IMG/VR virus record: IMGVR_UViG_3300028048_000121
Coordinates: 1 to 64,000 of that record
DNA: 64,000 nt
Reading direction: 5' to 3' (one strand)
Origin: a virus
Lineage: Duplodnaviria; Caudoviricetes
Shown: positions 19,452 through 32,497 of the stretch, piece by piece
Numbering within the stretch: the first letter of the stretch is position 1
Layout: each line of letters begins with the position of its first letter
The notes under the pieces: generated by a model
Databases searched by the model: none
What the model was told of the DNA's origin: nothing
Seen by the model: the letters and a program-made list of their open reading frames with translations, nothing else
Program-made: the position numbers and the translations under genes

Positions 19452-21184
19452 ATTTAAAAGAGTTATTAAAATTATCTTCTGACAGAGAATATAAAAAGCA
19501 AGGAATATCAGAATAGCGATTATTAAAAGATATTACTGGATTAAGAAAATTAATTGCTTATTTTAGATAGTATCCTGATATTTTTGTTGATTTTATAAAA
19601 GGAAAAGATAGTACATTTAATTTTTTATTTTATCAAAGAGTGTTTCTTAGAATTGTTATGCGGCATCGTTATGTGTACGCGACTTTTCCGCGCGCTTATT
19701 CGAAGTCTTTTTTGTCAATGATGGCGCTGATGATAAGATGCATTTTATATCCTAACTCACATTTGTTTGTGACCACTGGCGGCAAGGAACAAGCAGCTAG
19801 TATCACAATTGCTAAGATCTAGGAAATATGTAAACTTATACCTGGTTTAAATAATGAAATTAACTGGGATCGCGGTGTTTCGACTAGATCAAAAGATAAT
19901 GTTAAATATGTATTTAAAAATGGTTCTACTATTGACATATTGGCGGCAAGACAGTCTTCAAGAGGACAACGTAGAACTGGTGGCTTGATGGAGTAGTGCG
20001 TTTTAATTGATGGTGATATTCTAAATGAAGTTATTATTCCTACAACAAACGTTGATAGACGCTTGTCTGATGGTACTCGTCATAAAGAAGAGAATGTTAA
20101 TAAATCACAGATTTATATAACCACCGCTGGATGGAAAAATTCGTTTGCATATCACAAACTGATATAGATCTTGATTAATTCAATTTTAGATCCAGATGAA
20201 TATATGATTATGGGGGGAACTTATTAGACTCCAGTTATTTCTGGTCTATTGGATGAAGATTTTGTATAGCAATTAAGATTACAAGGTACATTTAATGATG
20301 AATCATTTAATAGATAGTATCGTAGTATTTGGTCTGGTGATGTAGAAAATGCATTTTTCTCTTCTGAAAAATTTGATAAATATAGAGTATTATTACAACC
20401 ATAGTATGAATATAGCGGGCGGTCTGCAAAAAATGCATATTATGTATTTGGAATAGACGTTGGGCGTGTAGGATGTACAACTGAAATTTGTGTTTTTAAA
20501 GTAACACCGCAAATTCAAGGGGCAGCTCATAAGACTCTTGTTAATATTTACACTTATGATGCAGAACATTTTGAAACTCAATGTATTCATATAAAACATT
20601 TATATGCAAAATATAGACCTCGAAGAATTGCAATAGACGCCAATGGCTTAGGCGTTGGACTAATAGATTATTTAGTAAAAACACAAGATACAGAAGATGG
20701 CTAGTATCTTGCTCCTTTTGGAGTTTATAATACAGATGAATATCCTGAATATAAAAAATTTATAACTCCAGATACAGTACGAGATATTTTATTTTTAATA
20801 AAAGCAAATGCTCCTATTAATACTGAAGCATATAGTTATGCACAAACTCAAATGTTTAGTGGTAAAATTAGATTTTTAATTGATGAAGGATTAGCAAAAA
20901 CTAAATTAATGTCCACTAAACAAGGTCAAAATATGAACATTGATGAAAGAAATGAATATTTAAGACCTTTTATTTTAACCTCTATTTTAAAAGAACAAAT
21001 GTTAAATTTAGTAGAAGAAAATGAAGGAGTTAATATTATTCTTAAACAAAGTAATAGAAGTATCAAGAAAGATAAATTTTCTGCTTTTATTTATGGACTT
21101 TATTATATTAGATATGAAGAAGAATTAAATAAAAAGAAAAGAAAACGTAATATTTCTGATTTTTTATTTTTTACTCCAAGTTAA
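19448..21184 (+). CDS. terL: terminase large subunit (578 aa, 10 in-frame TAGs)
   Basis: Walker A FPRAYSKS, RGQRRTGGLME*C Walker B, YITTAG motif III, nuclease motifs GIDVGR / IDANGLG / KKDKFSA. Confidence 0.9.
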
Positions 21185-21333
21185 GGTCAAATTTTATTAA
21201 TGTTATAGAGAAAATTTTATAATAATAGTGAAGGAGAAAAAAGGGAACAATAGATTAGCTACCTATTGAGTAATGTTTACTCCTTTTAAACAAGCTTTTT
21301 TCTTTTTAATATTTTTATAAAGGAGATAAAAAT

Positions 21334-22239
21334 ATGAAAAAAATGACGATAGGAGAATATAATAAAAAGTTACAAGAAAAATATCCTAAAGATAATTTAT
21401 CTTGTCTTGAATATTCTTTAATGACAAAACCGTGTATAATTCAATGTAATAACTGTGGTAAAATATATTCTTTTACTCAGGGGCAATTTGCTTTAAAACG
21501 AAAAGATATATTTTGTAAAAAATGTAAAGATTCTAATAGATGGAGAGAAACTAAAGAAAAATTTAAAGATTGGTTAAATTATCAATAGAATTTTACATTA
21601 ATAGATGATTTATCAGATATTTATGATTCACAACAACATGTGAAATGTCGATGTAATAAATGTGGAAAAATTCAAGAAAATAAAAAAATTTATGATTATT
21701 TACGAGGTGTTCGATGTTATTGTGAAACTAAAAGCAGTAAAAAGACAGAATAGATCTTGAGAAAAGAGTTGGATAATGAATATGATTTTTCTTTTGAAGA
21801 ATATGTAAATACAGATACAAAAATGAATTTTATACATAAAAAGTGTGGACAGAATTTTATTTATACGCCAAGGGATTTATTACGTAATTATGGGTTTTGT
21901 CCTAATTGTAATAAAAATCGTTCACATGGTGAAAATACAATTCATAACTTATTAGTTGATGCTTCTATTTCTTTTATAGAAGAATATCAAATTAATATAG
22001 ATAAACGAACCTTGAGATTAGATTTCTTTTTACCAAAAAATAATATTGCGATTGAATTTAATGGGATTCAACATTATCAATCTATATAGCATTTTGGTGG
22101 ATAGGAAGCCTTTATAAAAAGACAAAGATATGATAATATAAAAAAACAATGGTGTGAACATAATAATATTAAATTAATTATTATAAAATATGATGAAGAT
22201 ATATTAAAAAGGTTAGAGATGGAAGGGGTTATAAAATGA
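21334..22239 (+). CDS. Zn-ribbon plus PD-(D/E)xK (DUF559/Vsr-like) endonuclease; 4 TAGs
   Basis: Repeated CxxC, S.GE..I, LRLDFFL...AIEFNGIQHY; TGA overlaps the next ATG. Confidence 0.75.
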
Positions 22240-22592
22240 AGGCATCGAGAGGTGAAATAAAGATTTTTTAGATTCTAAAATAGTCTGGATTAGAGTTCGC
22301 AGAAGAATACTCTTTTCCAGATTTAGTAAGTAATATGGGTCGTCCATTAAGATTTGATTTTGCGGTTTTTGATGATTAGCATAATATTGATTTTCTTATT
22401 GAATTTCAAGGTATTCAACATTATGAAGCTAAAGAAAAATTTGGTGGTTATAATGGATTAAGAAAACAACAATATAATGATATGAAGAAAAGATAGTATT
22501 GTCGAGATCATGGTATTAATTTAGTTATTATTCCTTATTGGGATTAGGCAATAGTAACCTATGATTATATTCTCAATGCGGCGGGCTATTGA
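22236..22592 (+). CDS. small DUF559/Vsr-like endonuclease; 5 TAGs; absent from ORF track
   Basis: SRGEIKI..LRFDFAV..LIEFQGIQHY..FGG..D..KR*YC..IPYWD. Confidence 0.8.
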
Positions 22593-22612
22593 AGAAGGAG
22601 AGGTATCTAAAG

Positions 22613-24193
22613 TTGATTAATCGAATGGCTTAGATAAAAAAGAAAGGCTTTAATATGATTGGCACTGAAGATGATCAAATTCTTAATTAGGCTAATGGTT
22701 CTTATGTACCTGTTGATTTTGCAAAAATTCGAGTTGGAGTAAAATCTGTTTCAGATGCAATTCTTAAATTAGGTGATTTTCGTAAAATAAGTCCACAGTT
22801 AGCAGATAAGGTACAAGTTTTAAGAGCGATTCATTATGGTGACCTTGATAGAATGAGAGATATATCTAATTATTTTTATAAAATTAGTGGTATTTATCAA
22901 AGGTTATGTCGTTATATGGCATATATGTATAGATATGATTGGCTCGTAACTCCTTATTATGATACTGATACAATTAAACCAAATAAATTACTCGATGGTT
23001 TTAATAAAGTTTTAACATATTTGGATAAATTTTAGGCGAAAAAATTTTTTGGTGAAGTTGCTTTAAAAGTAGTTAGAAATGGCTGTTATTATGGTTATTT
23101 AATTGCACGTAATGGAACTGTTGTTGTTCAGGAGCTACCACCAAAATATTGCAGATCACGTCTTATTGTAAATGGACAACCAGCTGTTGAATTTAATATG
23201 AAATATTTTAATGATATGTTCATGGATACAGAACAAAGAGCAAGAATGTTAAAAATATTCCCACCAGAGTTTGAAAAGGGTTATAAATTATATAAACAAG
23301 GAAAATTAAAACCTGAATTTCCTGGAGATGAATCTGGTTGGTATTTACTTGAAGTTGGTTCTGTTATTAAATTTAATTTAAATGGAGAAGATTTTCCACC
23401 TTTTATTGCGGTTATTCCTGCAATCATTGACTTAGATGCAGCTCAAGATCTCGATCGCCGCAAGATGCAACAGCAATTATTAAAAATCATTATTCAGAAA
23501 ATGCCTATTGATAAGAATGGTGATTTGGTATTTGATGTGGATGAGGCACAACAACTCCACAATAACGCAGTGCAAATGCTATCAAAAGCTATTGGTATTG
23601 ATGTTCTAACAACTTTTGCTGATGTTGAAGTTGCAGATATGGCAGATAATAAAACATCAACAACTACAGATGATTTAGAAAAAGTGGAACGCACAGTTTA
23701 TAATGAAGCTGGTGTTTCACAGATGCAATTTAATACTGATGGTAATATTGCTCTTGAAAAATCTATTTTAAATGATGAAGCTTCAATGTGGAATTTAATT
23801 CAACAATTTGAAACATTTTTAAATATTTTATTAATACCATATAATAAAAGTCCAAAGAAAGTAAGTTATAGAGCGCAAATTCTTCCTACTACAATTTATA
23901 ATTATAAAGACTTAGCTAAACAATATAAAGAACACACTCAATTAGGATATTCAAAAATGTTACCACAAATAGCTTTAGGACAATCTCAAAGTGCAGTATT
24001 AGCTACGGCATACTTTGAAAATGATATTCTTGATTTAGTTAATGTATTTATTCCACCATTAATGTCTAGTACAATGAATGCAGAAGTATTAAATCGTAAT
24101 AAAAATAATAGTGGAGAAGGGGCGGGTAGACCTGAAAAAGCTGATGATGAAAAGTCTACTAAAACATTACAGAATCAAGAATCATTAAGTTAA
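22613..24193 (+). CDS. portal protein (SPbeta-like); TTG start; 3 TAGs
   Basis: 526 aa after read-through, lies between terminase and protease, GGAGAGG SD. Confidence 0.75.
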
Positions 24194-24263
24194 AAAATTT
24201 TTAAAATTTTTTGGACAAAAGTTATTAAAGAAAAAAGTTAATTTTTTATTATATATATGAGGG

Positions 24264-25625
24264 ATGAAAGGAGAATTTTTACTTATGCATCAATCAGTTG
24301 CAACAATTGATTCTCCAGAATTTTTAAATCTTCAACCTCTTGATATTAACCCTTTAATGTCAAAATGTGAAATTAAAGTCCTTTATGTAGGAGCTAATAG
24401 AAACCACACTTTTATTAGTGAAGAAGTTGCGGCTGAGATTGGTAAAACTCTTCGTGGCGCCCCTATTGTTGGTTATTATAAATAGAGTAAAGAAGATTTC
24501 AGAGATCATGGAGAAAAAGTAATTATTGATGATGAAGGAGTTAAATTCGAATGTCAAACTATTCCTTATGGATTTGTAGCACCAGATGCTAAAGTTTGGT
24601 TTCAAAATTTTGAAGACCATGATGGAATGGGAAATTCAGTAATTCATAAATATCTTATGACTACTGGTTATCTCTGGACAGGTCAATTCCCAGAATCCAG
24701 CTTACCTGTGGAAGAAGGTCGTCCGCAATCAATGGAACTTCAAAATGAATCTGTACAAGGACATTGGGAAACTAATTATGATAATGGAATGGACTTCTTT
24801 ATTATAAATGATGCAATTATTCAAAAAATTTGCATATTAGGAGACGATGTTGAGCCTTGCTTCGAAGGCGCTTCTGTAACGGCTCCAGATGTAAGTACAA
24901 AATTTACATTAGACGATAATTTTAAGCACACACTTTATAGTATGATGCAAGATTTAAAGAATGCCCTAAACGGAGGAGGACAACAGATGGATAATCTTGA
25001 AAACACTGTTTCTGTTGAAGAAGAGACTGTAACACCTGTATCTGATTTTACTCAGGTAGACGAAGTAGCTTCTGAAACAGTTTCAGAGGTTAATGAAAAC
25101 ATAGAGGATACTTCTGCTCCTGCTGATTATGTAAAAGAAGACGATGAAAAGAAAGAAGAATCTGATGATTCTGATTCTGATTCTGAATCTGAAGATGGTA
25201 ATGATAAAGAGGATGAAGATAAAGAAAAAGCTAAAAAGTATGATTTACTTGAAGAGTCTTTTAATATTTTAAATGAATCTTTTAATACTTTAAAAGATTC
25301 TTATAGCGCACTTCAAAGTCAATATCAAGAACTTGTAAATTTCAAGAGAGAAATTGATAATCAGAAAAAGGATGCCCTTATTGCTGAATTTTATATGCTT
25401 TCCGATGAGGATAAAGCAGATGTCATTCAGAATAAAGAAAAGTATACTTTAGAAGAAATTAAAGCAAAACTTTCTGTAACTTGTTTTGATAAAAAAGTTA
25501 GTTTTTCTAAAGAAGAAACTAATAACAAGGAAGAAGAAATTGTTACTTATACAATAAATGATAATGAAAACAACAGCCTACCAGATTGGGTGAAAGCTGT
25601 TAAAGAACAAGAGAAACTTGGTTAA
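24264..25625 (+). CDS. prohead protease/scaffold protein; 1 TAG (start may be 24285)
   Basis: GANRNHT..GAPIVG..PYG..QSMEL..ICILGDDVEPCFEGA followed by an acidic coiled-coil scaffold-like tail. Confidence 0.75.
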
Positions 25626-25650
25626 TTAATTTTTAGGAGGATGCTTAAAA

Positions 25651-26238
25651 ATGGCAGATATTAAGAGAAAAGGCTATGGACAGGTTGAGCCTAATCACCT
25701 TTCTGGTATTGTCACTGGTCAGATTTATGCACAATTACCTGCAATGACTATTACTACAACTGGTTCAGGTGAGAGTGCGGTAACTACAAAGACTCCAATG
25801 AATCAGCTTGAGCAGGGTCAATTTGCAAAATATGATTATGCGGCTGGCGCTGTAGATTTTACCGGTGAGGGTGAATTCATGCTTGTCTATAATGAAGAGA
25901 AACTTTATGATGAGAGAAAACAATCTCATAAAGATTTTGTTTATAAGGCAACAGATTTTACAGATGGAAAAATGTTTCCACGTTTAATTAGAACTTATAT
26001 TGGAGATATTTTTACAACTAATATGATTGGTGCTGCTAATACCGCCGATAGTGAAACTGATGTTACTATTGGTACAGATGCAACTTTAGTGGTCGGAGCT
26101 TATGTTGCTCCAAATGCAAATACTGGAATTTTAACAGTTTCAGCTAATAAACCAGCTAGTGGTATGGCATGGAAGATTGTTAAAGTTTATACAATGCCAG
26201 ACGGTCAGTTTGGTGTTAAGATTCAAAGAGTACAGTAA
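25651..26238 (+). CDS. capsid-associated/decoration protein
   Basis: Directly upstream of the major capsid gene; GYGQVEPNHLS; strong SD; no TAG. Confidence 0.6.
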   Translation: MADIKRKGYGQVEPNHLSGIVTGQIYAQLPAMTITTTGSGESAVTTKTPMNQLEQGQFAKYDYAAGAVDFTGEGEFMLVYNEEKLYDERKQSHKDFVYKATDFTDGKMFPRLIRTYIGDIFTTNMIGAANTADSETDVTIGTDATLVVGAYVAPNANTGILTVSANKPASGMAWKIVKVYTMPDGQFGVKIQRVQ

Positions 26239-26255
26239 TAAGGAGGAAAGAAAAA

Positions 26256-27332
26256 ATGGCATTAACAAGAGATCAACTTATTGAGTTAGCTAGAGCCAAT
26301 GCGAAAGCTTCATTAAATCCTTCTGTTGCTTATTCTTTTGGCGGCGAAAAGCTTTCAGCGGAAGCTTTGAATAAAACATTTATTAAGGAGTTAAATGAAC
26401 TTGGTTCTACTCCTCAGGATTTTAGAGAAAATAAAAATCTTATTTATACATTAATGGAAGTCGGTCTTACTGAGGTTCTTCCTCAGAAGGTAATGCAAGC
26501 TTATGGACAGTTTGCTGATGTTCGTACTTTTGCACAGGGTGTGAAACCTGTTTATAAAGTAAGAATTAGTGAAGCTTCCAAGAAACGTGCTAAGCAGTTT
26601 GTTACTAGAGTCGGTCTTGCTGGTAGATATGAAGTCTTTAAACTTGATGGATATTCACTTGAAGTTCCTACAGCTGCTTATGGCGGAGCTTCTCGAATTG
26701 AATGGGAAGAGCTGCTTGATGGTCGTATGACTATGAATGATTATTACAGCCTTGTTCTTGAAGGAATGGATGAAGCTGTTTATAAAGAAATTGCAAAAGC
26801 ACTTGAAGCATTAATTAATGTTGTTCCTGCACTTCAGAAAGTTGTAAGAAGTGGATTTAGTGAGACACATATGGATCAGCTTCTTTCTATTGCAGATAGT
26901 TATGGTGGAAAGAGTACAATTTATTGTACTTTTGAATTTGCTACTACAATGCTTCCTTCTACAGCAAATAATTATGCTTCCTGGTCTGATGCAATGAAAG
27001 ATGAGATTTGGGCAAATGGATATTTTGCAACGTATAAGGGACATAGAGTAATTATCTTACCACAGTCTTTAGAAGATAATGCTGGTAAGACTGCAACTCG
27101 TGTAAATAAGGTTATTAATCCTCAGTTTGCTTATATTATCCCAACTGGCGCTGAAAAGCCTGTTAAGGTTGCATTTGAGGGCGGTGCTCAGGTGAAATCT
27201 TTTGATAACCGCGATTGGTCTACTGAAATTCAGACTTATCAGAAACTTGGTGTAGCTACTTATTTAGTTAATCCTGGAATTTGTGTCTACCAAAATGAAG
27301 CTTTAAATCCTTATATTGGATTGCTTAACTAA
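26256..27332 (+). CDS. major capsid protein
   Basis: 358 aa, position after the protease, biased codon usage, terminator follows; no TAG. Confidence 0.8.
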   Translation: MALTRDQLIELARANAKASLNPSVAYSFGGEKLSAEALNKTFIKELNELGSTPQDFRENKNLIYTLMEVGLTEVLPQKVMQAYGQFADVRTFAQGVKPVYKVRISEASKKRAKQFVTRVGLAGRYEVFKLDGYSLEVPTAAYGGASRIEWEELLDGRMTMNDYYSLVLEGMDEAVYKEIAKALEALINVVPALQKVVRSGFSETHMDQLLSIADSYGGKSTIYCTFEFATTMLPSTANNYASWSDAMKDEIWANGYFATYKGHRVIILPQSLEDNAGKTATRVNKVINPQFAYIIPTGAEKPVKVAFEGGAQVKSFDNRDWSTEIQTYQKLGVATYLVNPGICVYQNEALNPYIGLLN

Positions 27333-27349
27333 TAGTATTTAAAATTACA

Positions 27350-27387
27350 TAGGGGAGGATTATTAATAATTCTCCCCTTATTTTTTA
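27350..27387 (+). terminator. intrinsic terminator after the major capsid gene
   Basis: AGGGGAG..CTCCCCT hairpin plus T-run. Confidence 0.7.
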
Positions 27388-27415
27388 TAATAGGAGATAA
27401 AAGGAGTTTTAAATT

Positions 27416-28000
27416 ATGGATAAAAATAAAATGGTAAAAGTTATTAATAAATTTAATGGTATTGTTGGATATGAAGTTCCAGAGTTAGGTGTTAATAGAA
27501 CTTTTTATCCTAGAGAAAGTAAAAATATTAGTTATGATGAATTAGAAAAGTTATCATATTTACCTGGCGGTTCTTCTATTTTAAGAAATTATCTTGAAAT
27601 TACTGATGAAGAAGTTATAATGGAATTGTTTAATATAAAGCCTGAACCAGAGTATCATTATTCTGAAGATGATGTAAAAAAATTACTTATAACAGGTTCA
27701 TTAGATCAGTTTTTAGATTGTTTAGATTTTGCTCCTCCAGTGATCATAGATATGATTAAAGATATGGCGGTTACACTTCCGCTTAATGATATGGCAAAAA
27801 GAGAAGCTATAAAAGATAAAATAGGTTTTGATGTAACAAAAGCTATTGAAATTAAAAATACTAAATATGATGGAGAAGTAGAAAATGATGTTGAAGAAAA
27901 AGTTTCAACTTCTGGACGTAGAACAGCTCCAATTAAAAATGATAATTCATCTGCTGCCCCATCTGGACGTAGATATAAACCAATTACTAAAAATGATTAA
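27416..28000 (+). CDS. hypothetical virion-module protein
   Basis: 194-aa ORF with SD. Confidence 0.7.
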   Translation: MDKNKMVKVINKFNGIVGYEVPELGVNRTFYPRESKNISYDELEKLSYLPGGSSILRNYLEITDEEVIMELFNIKPEPEYHYSEDDVKKLLITGSLDQFLDCLDFAPPVIIDMIKDMAVTLPLNDMAKREAIKDKIGFDVTKAIEIKNTKYDGEVENDVEEKVSTSGRRTAPIKNDNSSAAPSGRRYKPITKND

Positions 28001-28021
28001 TTTTTATTAGGGGGTATATAA

Positions 28022-28735
28022 ATGAATACAACTTCATTTTCACTTGTATATGACTCCTTTCTTTCAAAAATTACAGATGATATGTATCTAGAATTAACAG
28101 AATTAGATACATTTAGAATGTTAGAACAACTTTTACTTTCTGCTATTGAAAAATTTGAATTTCCCAGAGTAAATTTATGGGATTATGAATTATTTGAAAT
28201 TGTAGATGAAGTAACTTACAATGGAATAGAAAGCAATTATCAGGATGTTCAAGCGATTATTTATGATGGTGGTTATTTTAATAATAATTTAACTCATGAA
28301 GAAATTAATGTTTTAGCTGTTTACATGATTGTAGAATGGTTAAGTCAACAATTAGCAAGCGTTGAAAATACTCGAATGAAGTATAGTGGTTCTGATTTTA
28401 AATTTACTTCTCAAGCTAATCATATGCAAAAACTTTTGCAAATGAAGAAAGATTATGAAAGAGAAGGTTTTCATCTTCAACGATTATATAAAAGAAGAAT
28501 ACAGGATAAAAGAGGTGTTATGCGTTCAACTTTTGGAGTTATTATGCAGCCTACATTTTATCCATCAGATGATCTTACACAAGATGAATATAGAAATAGA
28601 AATGTTATTAATTATGAAGATTTAATTAATAAACCAAAAATAGAACATCATGAATTAATTAATGATAAAACTTTTGATGAATTAGATATGTCAAGAATTG
28701 ATTTTGATGAGCTTGATAATATCACTTCATCATAA
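28022..28735 (+). CDS. putative head-tail adaptor
   Basis: F..VYD.FLSKITDD..EI..LA..M..EWL..DFK..SQANH; position in module. Confidence 0.6.
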   Translation: MNTTSFSLVYDSFLSKITDDMYLELTELDTFRMLEQLLLSAIEKFEFPRVNLWDYELFEIVDEVTYNGIESNYQDVQAIIYDGGYFNNNLTHEEINVLAVYMIVEWLSQQLASVENTRMKYSGSDFKFTSQANHMQKLLQMKKDYEREGFHLQRLYKRRIQDKRGVMRSTFGVIMQPTFYPSDDLTQDEYRNRNVINYEDLINKPKIEHHELINDKTFDELDMSRIDFDELDNITSS

Positions 28736-28751
28736 AATGGGGGGTGTAAAT

Positions 28752-29162
28752 ATGCCAAAATATTTAGACTCAGATGGTGTTGCTTATTTATGGGGAAAAT
28801 TAAAGAATAATTTAAATAATAAAATGATTTATTATTCTAAAAAGAAAGCTGAATGGGATTTAAATAAAGACCTTATATCTTAGAAAAATGTTCTTTATAT
28901 TTATTCAGATTATAAAAGTGTAAATAAAGATACAAAATAGGTTTTTATTCCTGGATTAAAAATTGGGGATGGAACTACTTATTTAATTGATTTACCTTTT
29001 ATTAATGATACTGCTGGAGGTAGTGAAATTGAATAGATGATATTAGATCATATCAATAATAATATAATTCATATTTCAGCAGAAGAAAGAAACTTTTGGA
29101 ATAATAAATTAAATTTATTATTATAGCCTGAATCATAGACTCTTATTTTTAATAGATATTAA
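28752..29162 (+). CDS. virion fibre-associated protein; 5 TAGs
   Basis: YLD.DG..YLW, KIGDGTT...LPF, HINN..IHIS.EER.FWNNK. Confidence 0.7.
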
Positions 29163-29175
29163 GGAGATTATAAAA

Positions 29176-30249
29176 ATGCCGACACCTTAGATTTCGAAGA
29201 TCACATTACCAAGTGGTCAAACTTATTTTATAAAAGATGCAGAAGCAAGATCTCAAATACAGGCTTTAGTTGGCGGTGATGCAGTTGTTTTTATGGGAGT
29301 TTCTACTACAGAAATTACAGATGGAGGAAGTGAAATTCCAACTATAGGAGGAGAAGTAGTTACTCCAGCTACTGGTCAATTATTCTTTTATGGAACAGAA
29401 TAGTTTGTTTGGGGGCCAGATGGAACTTGGCATGAATTGGGAAGTTTAGATTCTTTAGGAGCTTTAGCTTATAAAGATTCTGCTACTGGCAATTATACTC
29501 CTTCAGGAACTGTTTCTCAACCAACTTTTACTGGTACGAGTAGTACAGTAACAATTACCGCAGAAAATAATAATTCTGGGAATTATCAACCAGCGGGGAC
29601 TATTTCCGGTGGTGCCTTCACTGGTTCTAATACTACTTTTACTGGAAAATTTACCCCTTCGGGAAATATAACTACAACTACAGCAACTACTGAAAATAAA
29701 ACAGCTACAGTGAGTAAAGCAGCTTCTGGCACTGCAACATATACTCCTTAGGGATCTGTTGAAGCACCCACTATTTCAGTAAAAACAGCTGGTTCTACAA
29801 CAACTGTTAAAAATCCAACTTCTGTGACTGTAGCAAAAACTGTTATTGCGGCTGCTCCTGGGACAACAGCTCCTGATAATTCTTTAACTTATTATTCTGT
29901 TAGTAATGAAACTTTAAGTTTATATCAATTAGGATATACAACTGGAGATTCTATTACAACAAATAACGTAACTGTAAAAACTGGAGATGCTGCATATGAA
30001 GCTACCGCACCAACTTTTACAGGAACTGGCGCTAGATTGGTAACTGACAATATAGTCGTGCCAAAAACTTATACTAGTACTTTTAATGGTACAGAGGGGA
30101 ATGTTAGTACAAGTGGTACGCCAAATGGTAGTAATAGTAGTATATCATTTACTGGAACTAAAGTTCAAATTTCTGGTACGACAACTGCAAATGGTACAGT
30201 TTCTCAACCAACATTTACTGGAACACAAGATTCGGTTACTGTATCGTAA
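29176..30249 (+). CDS. Thr/Gly-rich repeat fibre protein; 3 TAGs
   Basis: Read-through joins ORFs 29437 and 29824; repeated PxGTVSQPTFTG-like units. Confidence 0.75.
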
Positions 30250-30264
30250 TAAAGGAGGTATCAC

Positions 30265-30894
30265 ATGGCTGATATTTCCAAAATCATACTCCCAAATGGA
30301 GATGAATACAATTTAAAAGATTCGACCAGTGGTTATATTACTGGGATGACAATACTTTCATATGGAAGTAGTACATGGGCTGATTTTCTTACCGCATATA
30401 ATGCAAAAAAAGTAGTTTATTGTAGAGCATCATCAAACGCAAATCCAGCAACTGGTTCTCAGACAAGACTCGCATTCATGGCGTATGTTAATAATGCTAC
30501 AACTCCTACTGAAGTTGAATTCCAGTATTATAGGTCTATGTCATCTCACAGTGCTACACAGCAGGGCGATCAAGTGTATGTTTATAAACTTACATCAGCA
30601 AACAAGTGGACTGTTACTGTTAGAGAATCATATACAAAAATTATCGCGGGGTCTGGACTTTCAAGTTCATACGCCAATAGTGCTATAACACTTAGCACAA
30701 CTCATACTGTTAACACCGATGTACCTGCAAATGCTCATTTTATGGAAGTTTCTTCAACACAACCTTCAAATCAAGCTACAGGAGATTATTGGTTTGTATT
30801 AGAAGAAAATATAACATCTGATTATCAATAGGTATCTAATACTTATGGGGGTAATACAGCATATATATCAAGTACAGTTTAGGAGGGGGAATAA
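30265..30894 (+). CDS. virion fibre-associated protein; 2 TAGs
   Basis: Read-through ends at a TAA overlapping the next ATG (TAATG); N-terminus paralogous to the 29176 gene. Confidence 0.7.
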
Positions 30895-31133
30895 TGGCTT
30901 TAAACAAAATAATATATAAAGATAGAACCCTCATAGATTTAACTAATACTACAGCTGTAGAATCAGATGTTTTTTCAGGAAAAATTTTCCATAAAGCAGA
31001 TGGAACAACCGCAGTTGGAACTGGCGGTGGATCATTAAAATTATATTTAAAACATTCAGCTGGACAATTTACCCCTCCAGCTGGATGCTCTTAGGTTACA
31101 GTTGGTGAAATTGGTTTTATTATTGAAAAATAA
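30894..31133 (+). CDS. small fibre-associated protein; 1 TAG
   Basis: NKIIY..TLIDLT.TTA..SDV..GK.F..ADG...GT motif. Confidence 0.65.
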
Positions 31134-31153
31134 CTTTTCTGGAGGGTAAAAAT

Positions 31154-31504
31154 GTGATTTTAAAATATAATATAAAAATACTTGATGAAGATATTTCTAA
31201 TAGATTACAAAATCTTATAAATCAAGTATATAAGCTTTTACCAATCAGAGAAGAATAGGAAGATTGGGAAAAGCCTTTAGAAACAATATTGGAATAGCTT
31301 GCTGGGATGCAAAGATTAATGAATAATAATTATTCAGAAATTTTTTTTCCATTATTAAGTAAGCTAGAAGGACTTTATTCATTAATTGATGATGAAGATT
31401 TTTCTTGTTATAGAAGGACAATTTTTGAATGTTTAGGATTGATGAATGAGTTGCAAAAAGTAATAATTTGTAAAGGAGATGTAAAATGTCCTTAGAATTA
31501 TTAA
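31154..31504 (+). CDS. hypothetical neck-region protein; GTG start; TAGs
   Basis: INQVYKLLP.REE..W..PLETI.E*L.G after a GGAGG SD. Confidence 0.6.
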
Positions 31505-32472
31505 ATAAAAGATTGCAATATCAAGGCGGGAATCAAGAACAAAGATTTATCAATGATAAATTAAGAAGTTTAAAAAGAGCTTTATTATATTCCTACCAAG
31601 CTGCCACGGCAATTTTATCAGATGGAAAAGAATTTAGATGTTTAATTAATCCAGATAAAAACAAGCCTGCTTATGATAATAAAATTATTTCTATTCCATA
31701 TAAAGACATTTGTTTAAATGCTCCAAGAATTGGAAAAACTTCATAGGGTGAAATTGATATAAATATAAAAACAGGTGATGTTTTTACTTGGAAATAGACA
31801 AATACACATTGGTTAGTATATTTATAGTATATAGAAGAAGATGCTTATTTTAGGTCAGAAATTCGTAGATGCGATCAAGAAATAAAAATTGGAAATAATT
31901 CTTATTGGGTTTATATTCGTGGTCCTGTTGAAACGTCTATTGAATGGACTCAAAAATCTGGTATTGAATGGAATACTTTAAATTATTCATTGGTTATGTA
32001 CATTACCGCTGATGAAAATACTAATAATTATTTTGAAAGATTTAAAACAGTAAAAGTTTTAGACCCAAGATATAATACAGAAAAAACTTGGCAAGTTGTT
32101 GGCGTAGATCCATATTATGGCGATGGAATTATTCAAGTGTTTTTAGATGAATATTTTGAAAATTCAATAGCTGATGCGGTTTAGACTGAAAATTCTACAA
32201 ATACTAGTGAACAAGATCCTATAGATGCGGCAGCCGCTTACATTGATGGACCCACTACTGTTTAGAGATACAGTAAAGCATATTATGAAATTCATAATGC
32301 TGAAAATGGACATTGGTATTTAAAATGGGATAATAAAGAACAAGATTTAAAGAGTTCCTTAAAAATTATTCCATTGAGTATTACTATTGATAAGGTTGGA
32401 ACTTTTACTTTAATATATAGAGTTGATGGATAGGATGATATTACATTAGATGTAAAAGTCATTGCTATATAA
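31486..32472 (+). CDS. putative head-closure/neck protein; 6 TAGs
   Basis: Read-through joins ORFs 31486 and 31990 and extends to TAA. Confidence 0.65.
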
Positions 32473-32497
32473 GAGATAAAAGGAGTAGACAAAACAT

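Noticed and set aside
19448-21184. G-to-T sequencing or oxidative-damage artefact turning GAG into TAG
   Set aside because: That process would more often turn the commoner GAA into TAA and GGA into TGA. Neither is seen, and long genes such as dnaE are clean.
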